The notes: a model not told the origin generated them from the letters alone. A DNA stretch of 63,707 bases, filler included, from Cercozoa sp. M6MM (GCA_040357565.1; 8 parts of 8 records of this genome joined end to end with filler, not necessarily neighbours in it); one strand, 5' to 3'. Shown: positions 42,786 through 55,972, counted from the first letter of the whole stretch. Numbers and translations are program-made.

Positions 42786-45280
42786 ATGGGTACGCGTTCG
42801 GTCCTAGTGCAGGTCCCCGACGATCAGAGTGACGATTCGGATGTCTCCGCTTGGGAAACTGAAAGCGATGATGCTGATGGTCTCCAACCCGAGTTTGCAG
42901 TGAACACACGCAGCAGTGAAGCGCATGAGATTGTCTCGACGTTACAGCAGAAGTTGATGCGACTTGAGGATGGCGTTGAGGTATGTGGGCGTTCTTGTAC
43001 ATGTAACTTACATGGGGAGAATTGATCTTGGAATGTATCAAAAAAGGGAGAGGAGCAAGGCATTCATGACTACCTGTTGCAACTTGTGTGCGAAGGAGAA
43101 CAACATTTGTTGTCGGAAGTCTTTAATTTGTCCCTGGCGCCCACGTTGTAACCTTTGTTGCTTTTCTGCAAGCGTGTGACATTGACTCTGTATATGTCGC
43201 AGGAGCCGCGCGCATGTCGAGCGACTCATACTGTGTCGCAACAGTGAAGGACACACTGTGCCGCAACGTTTCGTCATGCAGAACGACGTGGCTGCAATGC
43301 GCCGATGGCGACGCTTCATGCCGATGCTGGCCGACCCTACCTCAAGTCTACTGTGCCCCGTTTCACACTGGCACCTACTTGCAGAGTGTGTAAGGTACAA
43401 AGTGTGTATGTGTAGAACAACGGCACTCAACTCTGGCAGTGTCGAGTTGATCAATGTGCTGGTATCTCCGAATGTTGACTTCAAGTCTTCGTTACGTCGG
43501 CCGGTACGTTGATATACAAATATACAGGAGTGTTTGTTAACCCTTACGTATGCGTGTGTGTGTGCTGTATCATGGTACAGTTGGTGTCGGCAGAGACACT
43601 GCGCGCATGTTTTGAACTGACGTTTGACATGGTGCTGCGTGGTCTCAATGTGCGCAGCAGACACTTGCTAGACCATCTGTTCCCAGCCAGTGAGTTCAAT
43701 CACCATCACCCGAACAACGACGGCCTGTTCATGCTTGCTGTGCCATTGCACCGGCCTGACTATCTGTATTGCCTTGCTTCGATATGGCTGTGTTTGATAT
43801 GAGACCCTCCGCTTTCTACAGGACTCGATTCTTCTGCGGTGACCTGAAACGAAATGCCGATGTGTTGATGCAACTATGCGCGCCGTTTGTCGGGGTACAA
43901 GAACTTTCTCTATTGTACTCAAGTGCACAATGTGTTTATGTCGCTGAATCACTCTGCAGAAGTGGCTAGTGGCGAATACACTGATCGACTGGCTGCTCGG
44001 CCGAAAGCATCCCAGCGAAGCCGATGAGTTGTTCTACCGTCAAGCCTATAACGTGGTGGGCAGCAACGATGTGTGTCCAGTCGCTTTCAGTCTGACAGAC
44101 ACCTGCGCCTGCGATCTCAATGAGATTGACTCGTCGCGCGTCCGACAGTTCCTACGATTCATATTGCAGGTGCTTTAATTCCTTATGTCTGCGACAGGTG
44201 TGCTTGTTTATTTCTACCCGATCTAGACTGACGTACTGAGGACTGACATGGCCAAGCAAGGCATTATTCGGGTACTTTTGAACTGAAAACTTGCTTTATT
44301 GAAGCAACCACTTATAGAAGCAACCACTTGTCATGACAGGGAGACACGCCGTTACACGTCGCCGCTGCCAGTGGAGACCCCGAAAAAGTAAGCTGATCAG
44401 TCTGTTCCTGGTTGTTTTAACGACGTCTCTTGTTGTAGTTGGAGTTTATTCTGCGTTCGGAGTGGTTTGGCCCCAACGCTGGTCATGCATGCGGACAGAC
44501 ACCGCTGGAGCGTCTGTTCAAGAGTGCGCAGGATGCTCAGACCGAAATTCAGCGACGTCGTGACGTACTCATCATGCTGAGGAACTGTTCACTGTGCGTT
44601 TTGTCTAGTCTGCACTTGGCACTGAAGCGAAACAATAAGCAGTTTGGAAAAGAATAATACACTGAACTTGACAGGTTGGAACGCTGGAAGGACCGCCGAA
44701 GAATTCGCGATCTGAAACGAAGAATTCGAGGTACGCCTTCGGTTTTAGCAGTCCAGTCAGGCATCCGAGATTCGAAACAGAAATGACCGCCGAGGCCGAA
44801 CAGCGTAAGGAAGGTCAGATGGCGTGTGCTCGGCTCTTGGTGGATTTTGGGGCGTCGATTCGCGTTCATGGCGACTGGAACGTATGTTCCCACCAGTTTA
44901 TATTACCTGGGGAAAGATACCTTTAAATTACCCTGTCATTGTGATATCTTTCCCAGGTGGCGTTGAAGAAAGTCATGCAGTCCAAGATCCGTGCTGTTGC
45001 ATCTGCTGTTGTGAAATTTAGGTGTGTCGACCTGTGACTATCACTTGTTTTTGAACATCAATCCATTGGTTGCACAGGCAAGGCGACAGAGAAGTCTGTG
45101 TGGATGTTGCTCAAATCATCTTGCAATACGCCTTGTTCTGTCCTGTACGTTGTTTTGTAATCGTGTTGCACCTTCACAGCGATATCCAAGTTCTGCCTTT
45201 TTCTCGGGCAGGAATTGGATGTTACCGACAAGTCGATCAACGCGCTGGTTGAGAATGAAATCTGGCAATCAACGAGTTAA
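42786..45280 (+). CDS. Ankyrin-repeat protein, tandem paralog 2
   Basis: MGTRSVLVQVPDDQSDDSD...GDTPLHVAAASGDPEKLEFILRSEWFGPNAGHACGQTPLERLF...MACARLLVDFGASI...VDVAQIILQY...EIWQSTS*. Confidence 0.78.
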
Positions 45281-45458
45281 ACAGACCCTTTAAGCGCGCT
45301 CTAACAGTTACTGAGTTATTTTCATGTCTAAAGCTGCCGAAACGACGTTAACAACTTTTTCGGGATCGACTCAAAAACAGACTCCGGCTCGTTTCTGTTG
45401 CACAGTACTGTAGGCTAAGCCACGCATCTCGCAGGTGTGTTGACGCTGCTACTAGCAG

Positions 45459-46810
45459 ATGTCGTTCTTGAGGTAGGATTGTGCTATGATTTTTTTCTTG
45501 GCTGCCAGCAGCATGAGTCGTTCACGAACCACATCGTTATGATCTGGGCGCAATGTGGCACCTGCTTTCATGTGCGTGGTTGTGTCCAGAACGGTTGCAC
45601 GCCGCGTGCGCGAGTCTTTCACGGGCTGGCGGCAGGGCGCCCCTCACTTCGATGGTTACGATCCCGCCATTGGCCGCTGGTACAGTGCCCTTTTGGCCTC
45701 CATTCGTACCGCATAGCTCCTTTGTCATTCTGTGCTCTCCACCCACAGGCGATACACGACGAAACTGTACGAGCCGGTGATTGGTCCGCGTGGCGCCGTG
45801 ATCTTCCTGGTCGGTACGGGCTACACGCTTTGGGGCCTCTGGTTCAGAAACAAGCGCATCGACGAGCACCTGTACTCTTTCCCCTTCGCCTTTGTTTCTG
45901 TATCAAGTGGTCATGTCTATCTGGGAATGTTGTGGGTGTTTGTTGACAGTGAAAACACTCTGCACCTCAAGCGATTCTACGAGAACCGCGTGGGTCCGTT
46001 CATGGAGGCCGAGTCGCAAATCCTGTGCCCTTCAGTCTCCCTCCATCCCTTTCACTTCCCTATACCTTGATGTGTTCACTCTCCCAGTGCCGAGGTCGAG
46101 CACGCCAAGGCTGTTGCCGCCGTCCGACAGATTATGCCCGAGTACGCTGATGAGCTGAAGGGTGCGCTGACTGTTTAACGCTTTAGCTCCCACCCTTTGA
46201 CAATAAACATATGCGAGCAGACTTCCAGCCGCAAAAGAGTTTCGTTCGCACTGTGCCCAAGTACGTGCAGGTAGACTCTGCTTGTTTGCTTCCTTGTTAT
46301 TGCACGCTATCTAATTCTTCTGTCCCTCTGCAGGAGTTCACGTTCCACGATGCCAAGGACCAAAACTGGAAGGTGAACTACCTGGCGCGCAACCCCGACA
46401 GTGACAATCTGGACGGCGACTGGCGTTTCTTGCCCTTGTACCACTCGATCTGTTTTTCTGCTGTTGATTCAAGATACGGCGACTCTGTAGCCCGGCCATC
46501 CCGGTGCACTTTGCCGTGGTCGGTGCGAAGAACCTGTACAACTACGTCAACTCGCTGCTCAACGAATTCGAGCAGCCTGCCGAGGTGCGCTTTCGCGTTT
46601 CCTTTCCCTTTGTTGTATGGTTATGATAATTTGGATTCCCCGACGTGCACTCAGGAGGAGCAGACTGTGAGAGAACTGCCGACCTTCGAGGGCATGACCG
46701 AGGAGGAGAAGAAGGCCACGGTGCGCGCCTACCTCGCCGACGACTCGATTGCTGATCGCCTCAAGTACAAGAGCATCGCCAAGCTCGAGGCCTACGTGCA
46801 GGCGGCTTAA
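45459..46810 (+). CDS. Complex I accessory subunit NDUFA13/GRIM-19 (B16.6)-like, with C-terminal extension
   Basis: MSFLRTVARR..WRQGAPHFDGYDPAIGRWRY..GPRGAVIFLVGTGYTLWGLWFRNKRIDEH..RVGPFMEAESQ..RQIMPEY follows the recalled NDUFA13 pattern QDxPPxGGY / TM / PLLQAExD / IMxxV; all junctions GT-AG. Confidence 0.7.
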
Positions 46811-46941
46811 TTGATGATCGTTTTCATTTCGGCTTTCCTTCCTTTCTCTAACTAAGCGGCTTATGCTTTTTTTGTGAATTTCGTTCAATTTAATACAAAA
46901 AACAGGTGCAGGTCTGAGTGCACAACCGAAGCGCGGCGAGT

Positions 46942-47542
46942 CTAGTAGCCGAAGCGCGGCAGCGGATTGGTCTGCACCATGTTGATGTCGACAGCGTGGC
47001 CGAAGAGCGAGCGGATGGAGCGAATGCCAAACTTGAGCATGGTCTGTCGCTCGAGGCCAAAGCCCCAGGCAATGACCCGGACACCCTCGGGCAGGCCCAT
47101 GGGCCGCAGCATCTCGGGACGGAAGATGCCCGAGTTGCCGAGCTCGATGTACTTGCCAAGCTGCTCCGAGTAGCCAAAGATCTCCATCGACGGCTCCGTG
47201 TAGGGGTTGTAAGCCGGCTTGAAGCGCACGTCGGGGATGCCGATGGCCGTGAAGAAGGCCTGCACGGTGCCGATGAGGTCGCCGAGAGTGAGGTCGTAGT
47301 CGGCCACAAGGCCCTCGACCTGGTGGAACTCGGCCAGGTGCGTGGCGTCCACGGTCTCGTTGCGGAAGACGCGGTCGATGCTGAAGTAGCGCTTGGGCTC
47401 GAAGTGCTCCTGCTGTGCCAGCTTGTGCAGCATGCGCGCCGACACGGCCGTCGTGTGCGTTCGCAGGATGTTCTTGCTGGCCTCTGTGTGCGCATGTTTA
47501 GTCAGTCAGAGTGTACACATACACATACATACATTATATATA

Positions 47543-47583
<41 letters not shown>

Positions 47584-48778
47584 TATAGATAGAGACAGGG
47601 TGCACCCTCGAGAGACCAGTCGTATCGCCAGCCAATGCTGCCGTAGCCGCCCTCGGAGTGCGTCTTGCAGACGCGCTCGACGTAGTCGTCGGACGCGAGG
47701 TCCTTGGCCACGGCCGGCGTGCTCAGGAAGAAGGTGTCGTGCGCATCGCGCGCCGGGTGCTGCTGCGGCTGGAACAGCGAGTCAAAGTTCCAGAAGCCGC
47801 TCTCCACGTAGTTGTTGGTAGGCATCTCCTCGAAGCCCATCGACACCAGGATGCGCTTGAACTCTGAGCGAACCTGGCACAGCGGATGCAGAGCACCCGG
47901 CAGTGCCAGCTTGCCACGTGCCGCAAAGTTGTACGGCTTGAAATCCTGCACACCATGCCAAGCAGCAGAAGTCAAGGTACATAGGAAGGGAGAGGGAAGG
48001 GAGAGGGCTAGAGGGTAGCACTACAATATCTCTCCACTCGCCAGTTTTGAACATGTCACTCGTCACGTTGGCCACCTGCTTCCTTCGCTGCACAACGAAC
48101 GCTTCGCCCTTGTTCACTGCGAACGTCAGCACCTTCCTACTCAAACGGGGGGAGGGGGATAAAAGGGTAAAGAAGGGGGTAAAATGGTAAAGGAGGGAGT
48201 AAAAGGGTTAAGGAGGGGGTAGAGGAGTATACTTGGTCTTGGACATCTTGCGCTTCTTGTCTGTCACGAGCTTCTCCTGGTCCTTCGTCATCGTGCCTGA
48301 TGCAGGGAGGGAGGGAAGAACGATGAAGGGGGTAAAAGGACGGTAGAGTGGGTAAAGAAGAAACAGAAGACTACCCTCGGCAAAGGCGCGAAGAGCCAGA
48401 TGCAGCTGATCGTCCACCGAATCGACAGCCGCCTCGAGCATGCCCGTTTCCTTGTTGACACGCACCCAGCGACGCTTCATCGCCTCGGAGAAACCCTTCT
48501 TGGCAACCGGTAGCTTCTTCATCAAGTCGCCCTTCTTCATCGGCTCGTCTTGCAGCAGGCGCACCACACGCGCCTCCGGCGAGCCCTCTGAGCATACAAG
48601 AGATATTAGCACTATCAACAACGATACTGTACGCATAGCAAGCACTACCTTGGAGAGCCTCCTCGCCGTCAGCCGTCAGAACCAGCGACGTCGTGTCGCA
48701 TCTGTCGGTCACAATGATCTGCTCGTTGCGCAGCGACGTGATCACGCGCTCCAGCGTGGCGTGCTCGATGCCTACCAG

Positions 48779-48818
<40 letters not shown>

Positions 48819-48929
48819 CAATCTCAAGCTAATACCGTGCTCAGCGCAGAACTGGCGCGAGTTGACCTCGCCGAGGTTGACGCTCTTTAGCAGAGCCGCC
48901 TCGATCGCGTCGGTGTCCCACTTGGTCAT
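46942..48929 (-). CDS. FARSA: Cytosolic phenylalanyl-tRNA synthetase alpha subunit
   Basis: GSPEARV; [16 protein letters not shown]; [38 protein letters not shown]; [16 protein letters not shown]; [26 protein letters not shown]; [16 protein letters not shown]; [13 protein letters not shown]; AWGFGLER. Confidence 0.98.
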
Positions 48930-49404
48930 CCTGCTGCCAGAAACACAAATTAATCCGACAAACACCCCCAAAACCAAATGTCATTGATCGCGACCACTCA
49001 GAAAACAATTGCTGGAGCTAAAAAGCAACAGTGACACGCACGCACACCTCAACGCCCAGAGCGGGATCACCCAGATGATTCACGACAAAAAGAACTTGAG
49101 TGCGCACACCTAGAGGCTCTTTGGCGGTGTCCTAACAATGAAAGACGCACCTGAAACGCCGCTAACGCCCTGGGGAGTGACTTGACGCACCCTCCGTTTT
49201 CAGAAACGCACCCTTAAAAATGCACTCTTTCACGATTGGAAAAAGACCAGCTTGTTAGTGGCACCACAGTCTCGATCGAGATACTGTTACATCAGAGGGC
49301 TCATAACTCGTGTTTGAAGTGGCTCTCGCCTGAGGGCAGCCTCAACACGTTGCTTTTGCATTATTGGTGTCAGCACAGTCGAGCCGGCTCAACGTGATCG
49401 AACA

Positions 49405-49548
49405 ATGACAGCCGTGCAGAACTGGGCTTTGGCGCTGCCAGTGGCGCTGGCTCCGCTGTACTTTCTCTGCGACGACGCGGTGCCGTTTCGCGGTGAAATG
49501 GCCGCTGTAGCCCTGCTATCGGTGCTGTCGTTTGTCGTGACATCACAG
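49405..49548 (+). CDS. First exon of a membrane protein (weakly ALG7/DPAGT1-like N-terminus); truncated by linker
   Basis: MTAVQNWALALPVALAPLYFL..MAAVALLSVLSFVVTSQ|gtagcc; two hydrophobic segments. Confidence 0.4.
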
Positions 49549-49571
49549 GTAGCCTGTTGCATGTTGTGTGT

Positions 49572-49616
<45 letters not shown>

Positions 49617-49716
49617 NNNNNNNNNNNNNNNNNNNNNNNNNNNNNNNNNNNNNNNNNNNNTTAATTAATTAANNNNNNNNNNNNNNNNNNNNNNNNNNNN
49701 NNNNNNNNNNNNNNNN

Positions 49717-49770
<54 letters not shown>

Positions 49771-49798
49771 TGGCGCACGCGCTCGTCTTGTGTTGCAG

Positions 49799-49964
49799 TT
49801 GCGAGTTATCGCGGCCGTGGCAGCCAGATACGAAGATGACGTGTTCGAACGACTCTTTGACTCGGTACGCTCCACTGACATCCCCCTCTCGTCTTGTGAC
49901 TTGCATAACATTTGTGCAGCCACGCGTCAATCGTCGAATCATGGCCATTTTTGATGCGTTTTGA
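49799..49964 (+). CDS. 3' exons of an unknown protein
   Basis: gcag|LRVIAAVAARYEDDVFERLFDS|gtacgc..gcag|PRVNRRIMAIFDAF*. Confidence 0.4.
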
Positions 49965-50242
49965 TTGGACTCGGATCCCCCGTCGGCTTAGCCTGAGTTT
50001 TGTAGTGTTCGTTATGTGTGCGGATTGTTTAATGCCAGTTTTTTTAAGTCAAATATAACGTAAACCGAACCGCCGGGAGGGGGAGATTTGACGCTTTTTG
50101 ACGAACTATTTTTGAGTTTTAGTCAGGCAGATTTATTCGCGACGTCGACGTGTGCGACGCACACGAGCAGTGTAATTTTATTGTAAGCACACACGTGCGA
50201 ACTTCAAAGAAACTCGCCAGGCTCGATTGGTTTTGTGGAGGA

Positions 50243-51952
50243 ATGTCGCTCTCGGTGACGCAGCTTTCCGGACACCGTGGCGGTGCCACGGACGTTGATG
50301 TGGACAATAAGGTTTCCAGCGACATCGTTGTGTCCTGTGGCGGCGAGGACAAGTCGCTGCGCGTGTGGGACCTGTGAGTTTACCTTTACACGCACGTAGC
50401 TTGAGCGTTCACCACGTGCCCTGTCTGTACAGGCGTTCGGGCCGGTGCGTGCAGGCGGTGGCGAATTTGCCGATGGATCCGGCGCGTGTCACCATGAAAG
50501 GAGATCAGATTGTGCTGGCCACAAACACGGCAGAGTACGACGATGACGAGGTGTGTTCTTGTGCACTAAGTATGTGTTCAATCATAACATACAAGTACCG
50601 CAGGAAGCACTGGTGCGACAGCTGCACAGCGAGAGGATAGACACGGCGCGACTTGGGCGCAACAACTCCAGCGGCGGCAGTGGCAAAACCTCGGACAAGT
50701 CTCTCCGATCGTACCACCTGCCCCTTAATGTAGGTATGCCCGATACATAAGCTGTGTCGATTGTGCAGCGAACCTAGTCGCCGTACGGCGCCCGTGTTGC
50801 TGTTCGATCGACGCAACCTGCGCGCTGTGCAGATGCTGCGTGATACGTCGCACCAGCAGGTTCCTACCACCTCTTTCCTTCCTGCTGCGTCATCGAATGT
50901 GCGTGCGTGCATGTGTGTGTTGTGTAGGTGTGTGTCAGCGAGTGTAACGACGTACGCATCCTCGGCCGGCACTGGTTCGGTGGTTTTGACGATCAAAAAG
51001 TGCGTCGCTTCGTTGATGGCGGTACGTAAATGTATTCTGTGCGTGCATGTGCGTGTGTTTATTCACATCTGCGTATCTACTTGTGTCCGACAGAGGAGAC
51101 GGGCATTCTCACGGCTCCTACTGTGGTGCTCGCCTGTGGTATGCCCTTTTTCGTTCAGTGTTGCTCCCTGTGTATGACGTGTTGCCGTAGCTCCGACGAG
51201 TTCGCGCAGTGTGCTATTTGGCGGTCTGGACTGCAGTGTCACTTTTGGCGACTTCAACGAGCAGCGGGTCATTCCGATCGTTGACTTTGCGCAGAGTACC
51301 CCCTCCACCCAGGTTGTCCTGTTCCCTGCCTTCACTACCTCCCGTTTGACAGTGCGAGCAGGCGCGAGTATTGTGCCACCACTTGTTAATGACATCACCT
51401 ACACTTCTTGTATTTTCCTCTACCTTTATGCCTATGCGACACAATAATTTGTTCTGTTTTAGCGGGCGCCCTGGTGTCACTCGGCGATGGCCGCGGTGTC
51501 TACCTGCCAGAGTCCTTCATCAGTGAGCGCGTCGCTAGCACAAGCGACAATGGCAACATTAGCAGCGACGATGGCGAGCTGCGCGTGCTGGGTGACATGT
51601 CTGCCGGCGCTGTGGTTTCGGCCGACTTTCTGCCGGGCCAGCGCGCTTTCACGGCACACGCACGCGACTGTGGCGTCGCCATCTGGTCGCTGGTACTTTG
51701 CTTGTTTATTCACTCAAATGTACTTGCACAGACGCGTTTGATGTGTCCGATGTGTCAAAGGAGTCCGACGATGGCTTCATCGCTGCTGCCAAACTCAGTG
51801 ATGAAATTGAATCTGCACGCACGTGTGGTACGCACGCCCTATACTGTCGAACAGTCTTGCGCATGTACAACTCAAACACAGGCACTGCCGGTATCATCGC
51901 CGCTACGATGGACGACACTTACGGCGTTCAGTACCTCCAGGTGCGCCAGTAG
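50243..51952 (+). CDS. WD40-repeat protein (WDR53-like)
   Basis: LSGHRGGATDVDV..VVSCGGEDKSLRVWDLRSGRCVQ; LLFDRRN; LFGGLDCSVTFGDF; PPLVNDI..LGDG; ARDCGVAIWSL. Confidence 0.75.
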
Positions 51953-53340
51953 GCGTGGTCGTATGTTCGCAAGTACGTGCAGCGACGGCCACTCAGGCCC
52001 GTACATCGTGGCGTGCATGTGCTGGCATGCGATGCGATGTGTTGTTCGGTTCCGGTTCCGTTCAGCGCACAGCAGTTGCAACTGTGAAACCGTGAAAACT
52101 CGACTGCTCGACTCAGAACTGAAACTCCAATCAATTGAACACGGTATGATGCTGTACTGTAGTTGACTGTCAGGTACATGTACTCATTTAATTTATAACT
52201 TTTGCTGTATACCCACCGTACACACGACGGTCTGCATAAAAATTACTTGCCTTCGTTTAGCTCAATTGCGTTGTAAGCTCAGATATTCTTCAGTTCCCTC
52301 CAGGCCACCGCAAAATATAAGTTAAAGATTGAGGGTGACCCCTGCATTTCCTTAAAGTTTTGAAGTAACAAAAACGAGTGCGATCTCAAACCGACACTCG
52401 TAGCGTCATAGTTTTCAATTAATATCGGCCACATCCAACACCTGCATTTTTGTAGTGCGAGGAGGAAGATTCGATCGACAAGATAACCAATTGTAAATAT
52501 AATGTACCATTGCAGCCCCCAGCCGCGGCATACGTTCCACAAGTTACAGTGGAGTAACAACGCGGAGGAGGTAGGCAGTGCCACATGGGCTCGTGCTCCA
52601 CGATTTCCATGGGCGGCAGGCAGTTTCCATAGGGCTTTAAAAACACTATATTATTCTATGCAATGCATCATCATCGATTCATACGGTATCGCATACATTG
52701 GGCGCGTACGAAACACGAGGCCACCGGCAGTGCCCACCGACGGTGCCGTAGCCCGAGTTGCAGCAGCCGCGACGAGTGGTGACGGATGCCGCCGGACGGA
52801 GAGCAACGGGCTGGGACTCGACTTCGTTGCGTCCCGCCAACACAGAGGTCAATGCCTACGGAAGAGAAACCCTTGCATGTGCCAAAGTGTCACTGAAATT
52901 TATATTTATTACCAAAGCAGCAAAAAGAAGCTTCATTTGCTCTGGGGGTACGCACGATGAAGGACAGATACGTTCGCAAGGACTAAGTAAAGGAACGGTG
53001 CCGTGACGTGCCAGCTTTCGTATTGGATCAACGACAGGGACCGTACTGCGCCGGCGCTGAGTCCGACTCGAGTCAGTTTAGCAGCCAGCGCATGTCGCCG
53101 GGACGCTGCCAGGCGAGGCCGGTCGGCTTTTCAGTTGCTGTTTTTCAACCGTTCACGACAGAAGCAATGAGCAGGGCGTAAACGAGCGCCGGTGCAGGTG
53201 CGTAAGCTAGTGACGCGATGATGGGGAAACGAAGAAACGCATGTTACGTTAATCACCATCCACTGAAGCGAACGAGCAGCGAGCCCGCGCGACCGAATTG
53301 ATCGAACAAAAGGCTCGAGCTCGGTGCACCAAACTTAAAG

Positions 53341-53840
53341 CTACAGGAAGGCGAGGTGCAGTGGCGAGTCCTGCGGCAGTGAGAAAGGCAGTTGCGCCGC
53401 CGCGAACTCGTTGGCAGCCGATGCGAACTCGGCGGCCTCTCTCCTCTGCACAAGGTGGATGGGAGGTTTGAGAAGTATGAGAAGCAGGAACGCCCAGATG
53501 ATGTAGTACCAGTTCCTCTCTTGGAACTGGACGTCCGACCTTGTGCAGCTTGCCTACACAGATATCATCCCAGTTGACACACACGCACGCACACGAGGGG
53601 AGGTTATGCAAAGACATACGCGCGTGTCGTCGTCTTGGCGGTCGAAGAAGCTTGCGTCCGCGCTGATGCAGACGAGTGACCGGAGGTGGCGGTGGCGGTG
53701 CCTACGCCGAGGGTGGGGACAAGGTAAATGGAGTCAAGTGGGCAAAGGCAACGAAAGCAAGGGAAGTGTGTACCACGAGAGGCACGCGGTACTCGCGCGC
53801 GCGTCGCTGAAAACTCCGCTGCGAGCAGTCGCGAATGGCC
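53341..53840 (-). CDS. 3' exons of an unknown protein
   Basis: Phase-compatible exons APPPPPPVTRLHQRGRKLLRPPRRRHARKLHKVGRPVPREELRREAAEFASAANEFAAAQLPFSLPQDSPLHLAFL*. Confidence 0.4.
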
Positions 53841-53957
53841 TGTCCGGGGGGGGGGGGNNNNNNNNNNNNNNNNNNNNNNNNNNNNNNNNNNNNNNNNNNN
53901 NTTAATTAATTAANNNNNNNNNNNNNNNNNNNNNNNNNNNNNNNNNNNNNNNNNNNN

Positions 53958-53998
<41 letters not shown>

Positions 53999-54533
53999 TG
54001 AGAGGAGGCCACATGAAGTACATACCATTGTAAGCATGTTGACAGCCATGCCTTGCGCTCCTAGTCTTGTTGGAAGAAAGTCCGCATTTCTGCTGTACTC
54101 GCTGTTGTCGAGACTACAGCACGCAGCACGAGTAAAAATAAGCCAAGAGCATTCAAGCAATAAATGGTCCGTCTCGCGCAGATTTGCAAACATACGAGCT
54201 GCTCGTAAAGATCAGGGACATACCAGACCATGACAGCTTCGAGACCCATGTTTTCGCCCGGCTAACGCAACACAGTCCACAAACCTCAAAAAAAGCAATC
54301 CCGCTTTAGCAGTGCCGATGAATGTTCTGTTTGCTGAACCAGTGTGTGAGCACGCCGATACTCACTCTTAGATTGCAGTTCAGTGCGGCCCAGTTTCTTT
54401 GGGCCCCAAAAGGGAACAACAGCAGAATAATTAAAATTATTTTTTCCGGTGTTTGTTTCGTGGGGAAAATACAAAAATGTAGCTTGAGTGGCACTACACT
54501 GCCAGCAGTTTGGGGCGTTAGGCCGCTCTAGGC

Positions 54534-55853
54534 ATGGCGGTAGCGGGTGGATTGATCGACCTATCGTCGCTGGACCGTGTTGTGCGACAGTTGCAGCAAA
54601 ACCTGCAGGTGTGCTTTGCTTTGACTGAGGTGTCTGCTTTGCTCCGCATCCTCGCTCTGGCTTTTTGCAGGCGCACTCACACAAAATACTGGCACTTGAG
54701 AAGGAGCTGGCACTACGACCGACCCATGAGCAACTGTTTGACTTGCGTGACACTTTGAACAGGAAACTTGAAGGCGTAGAAGCGAGACTGGATGGGCTCG
54801 AACAGAAGCAAGTATGTTGAGTTTATCTTTTCGTTTCCGGGTGCAATACCGGCAAGAGTTAAGGTCATTTAGGCGAAAAACGAAAAGCACATTGCAAAGC
54901 TGCTCGAGTTGCCTCAAATACTGAGTGACATGGACGTCGTGCTGGCGCGCAAGGCAGAGCAGAGTGCGGTGAATACCCGGTTCAACACGATTCACGGCGA
55001 AACTCGTGAGCAGTTTGCGGCGTTGCGACTAGAAGTCGCACGAAAAAGGGATTTCGTACAGTTGAAAGAACAAAATGCACTCTTGCTGCAAAAGTTGATC
55101 GCATTGGAGGTACGTACCATTACTCTTTCACTCTCATGTTGCGTCGCAAAATGTCGGAGTTGCTTTCAGGGAAGCATAGCAGTGAAAGTGGACCGACTCG
55201 AGGTGCCGCTGTTGCAGGATCGGCACAACGAAGTGCAGCAGTTGCGACAAGACCTGCAGCAGCTGCAGCAACGTGCTGTGTCGCAGGACGAGTTGCAGGA
55301 GCAACTCGACGCCAAGGAGGACAAGAATCTCGGTGTCCGTCGCATGCAGCAGCTCGCTGAACAACTGACGAACAAGTGCTCGCGAGGCGAGGTCGAAGCA
55401 CTGGACGAGCGACTCACGCGAGTGATGCAGCAGCTCTCCAGCAGCGAGCAAACACAGCAGCAGCGCGCGAAGCAACTCGAAGACAGCGCTCGAACTCTGC
55501 GACAGCACACACTGCTGCTCCAGCAGATCCAGGAGGCACAGGCGTCGCTGCGCGCATCGAGCGACAGCTTCGTCTCCAAGAGCGTCATCGCGAGCGACAT
55601 CGACGCTGCCGTCGAGCAATTGCGCAGGGAACTCGAAAGCAGTTCGAACGCGGCCAACGCGCGCCTTCAGCAGCACGAAGAGCGCCTCGCTGAGGCCGGT
55701 GCCGACTTGTCGCGCGTCAAGCAGCTGCACGATTCGGTGCAAAAAAAGATGCGTGTCGTCATGCGATTCATCGACTGGTACTCGCAGCACCAGCCAGCCA
55801 CTGGCAGCACTAAGTCTACCGCCGACTACCGGTACGGGGAGTGCGCCCCTTGA
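54534..55853 (+). CDS. Coiled-coil protein of unknown function
   Basis: MAVAGGLIDLSSLDRVVRQLQQNLQ..; long Q/E/L heptad-rich exon ending VVMRFIDWYSQH. Confidence 0.7.
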
Positions 55854-55972
55854 CTGGACGTGTCAAAACTCGACCGGATTGTGTCTGTGTACGGTAGTCG
55901 AGTGCCAAGTTTGCTGATCTACCTACTAAGTATCAGCTAAATAAACACGACACTCAGCTGCAGCTCCGTCCG

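Noticed and set aside
46423-46500. Possible GC-AG or other non-canonical intron in the NDUFA13-like gene
   Set aside because: A canonical TT|gtacca...ctgtag|C junction restores the frame. No non-GT-AG intron was needed at any junction I checked.
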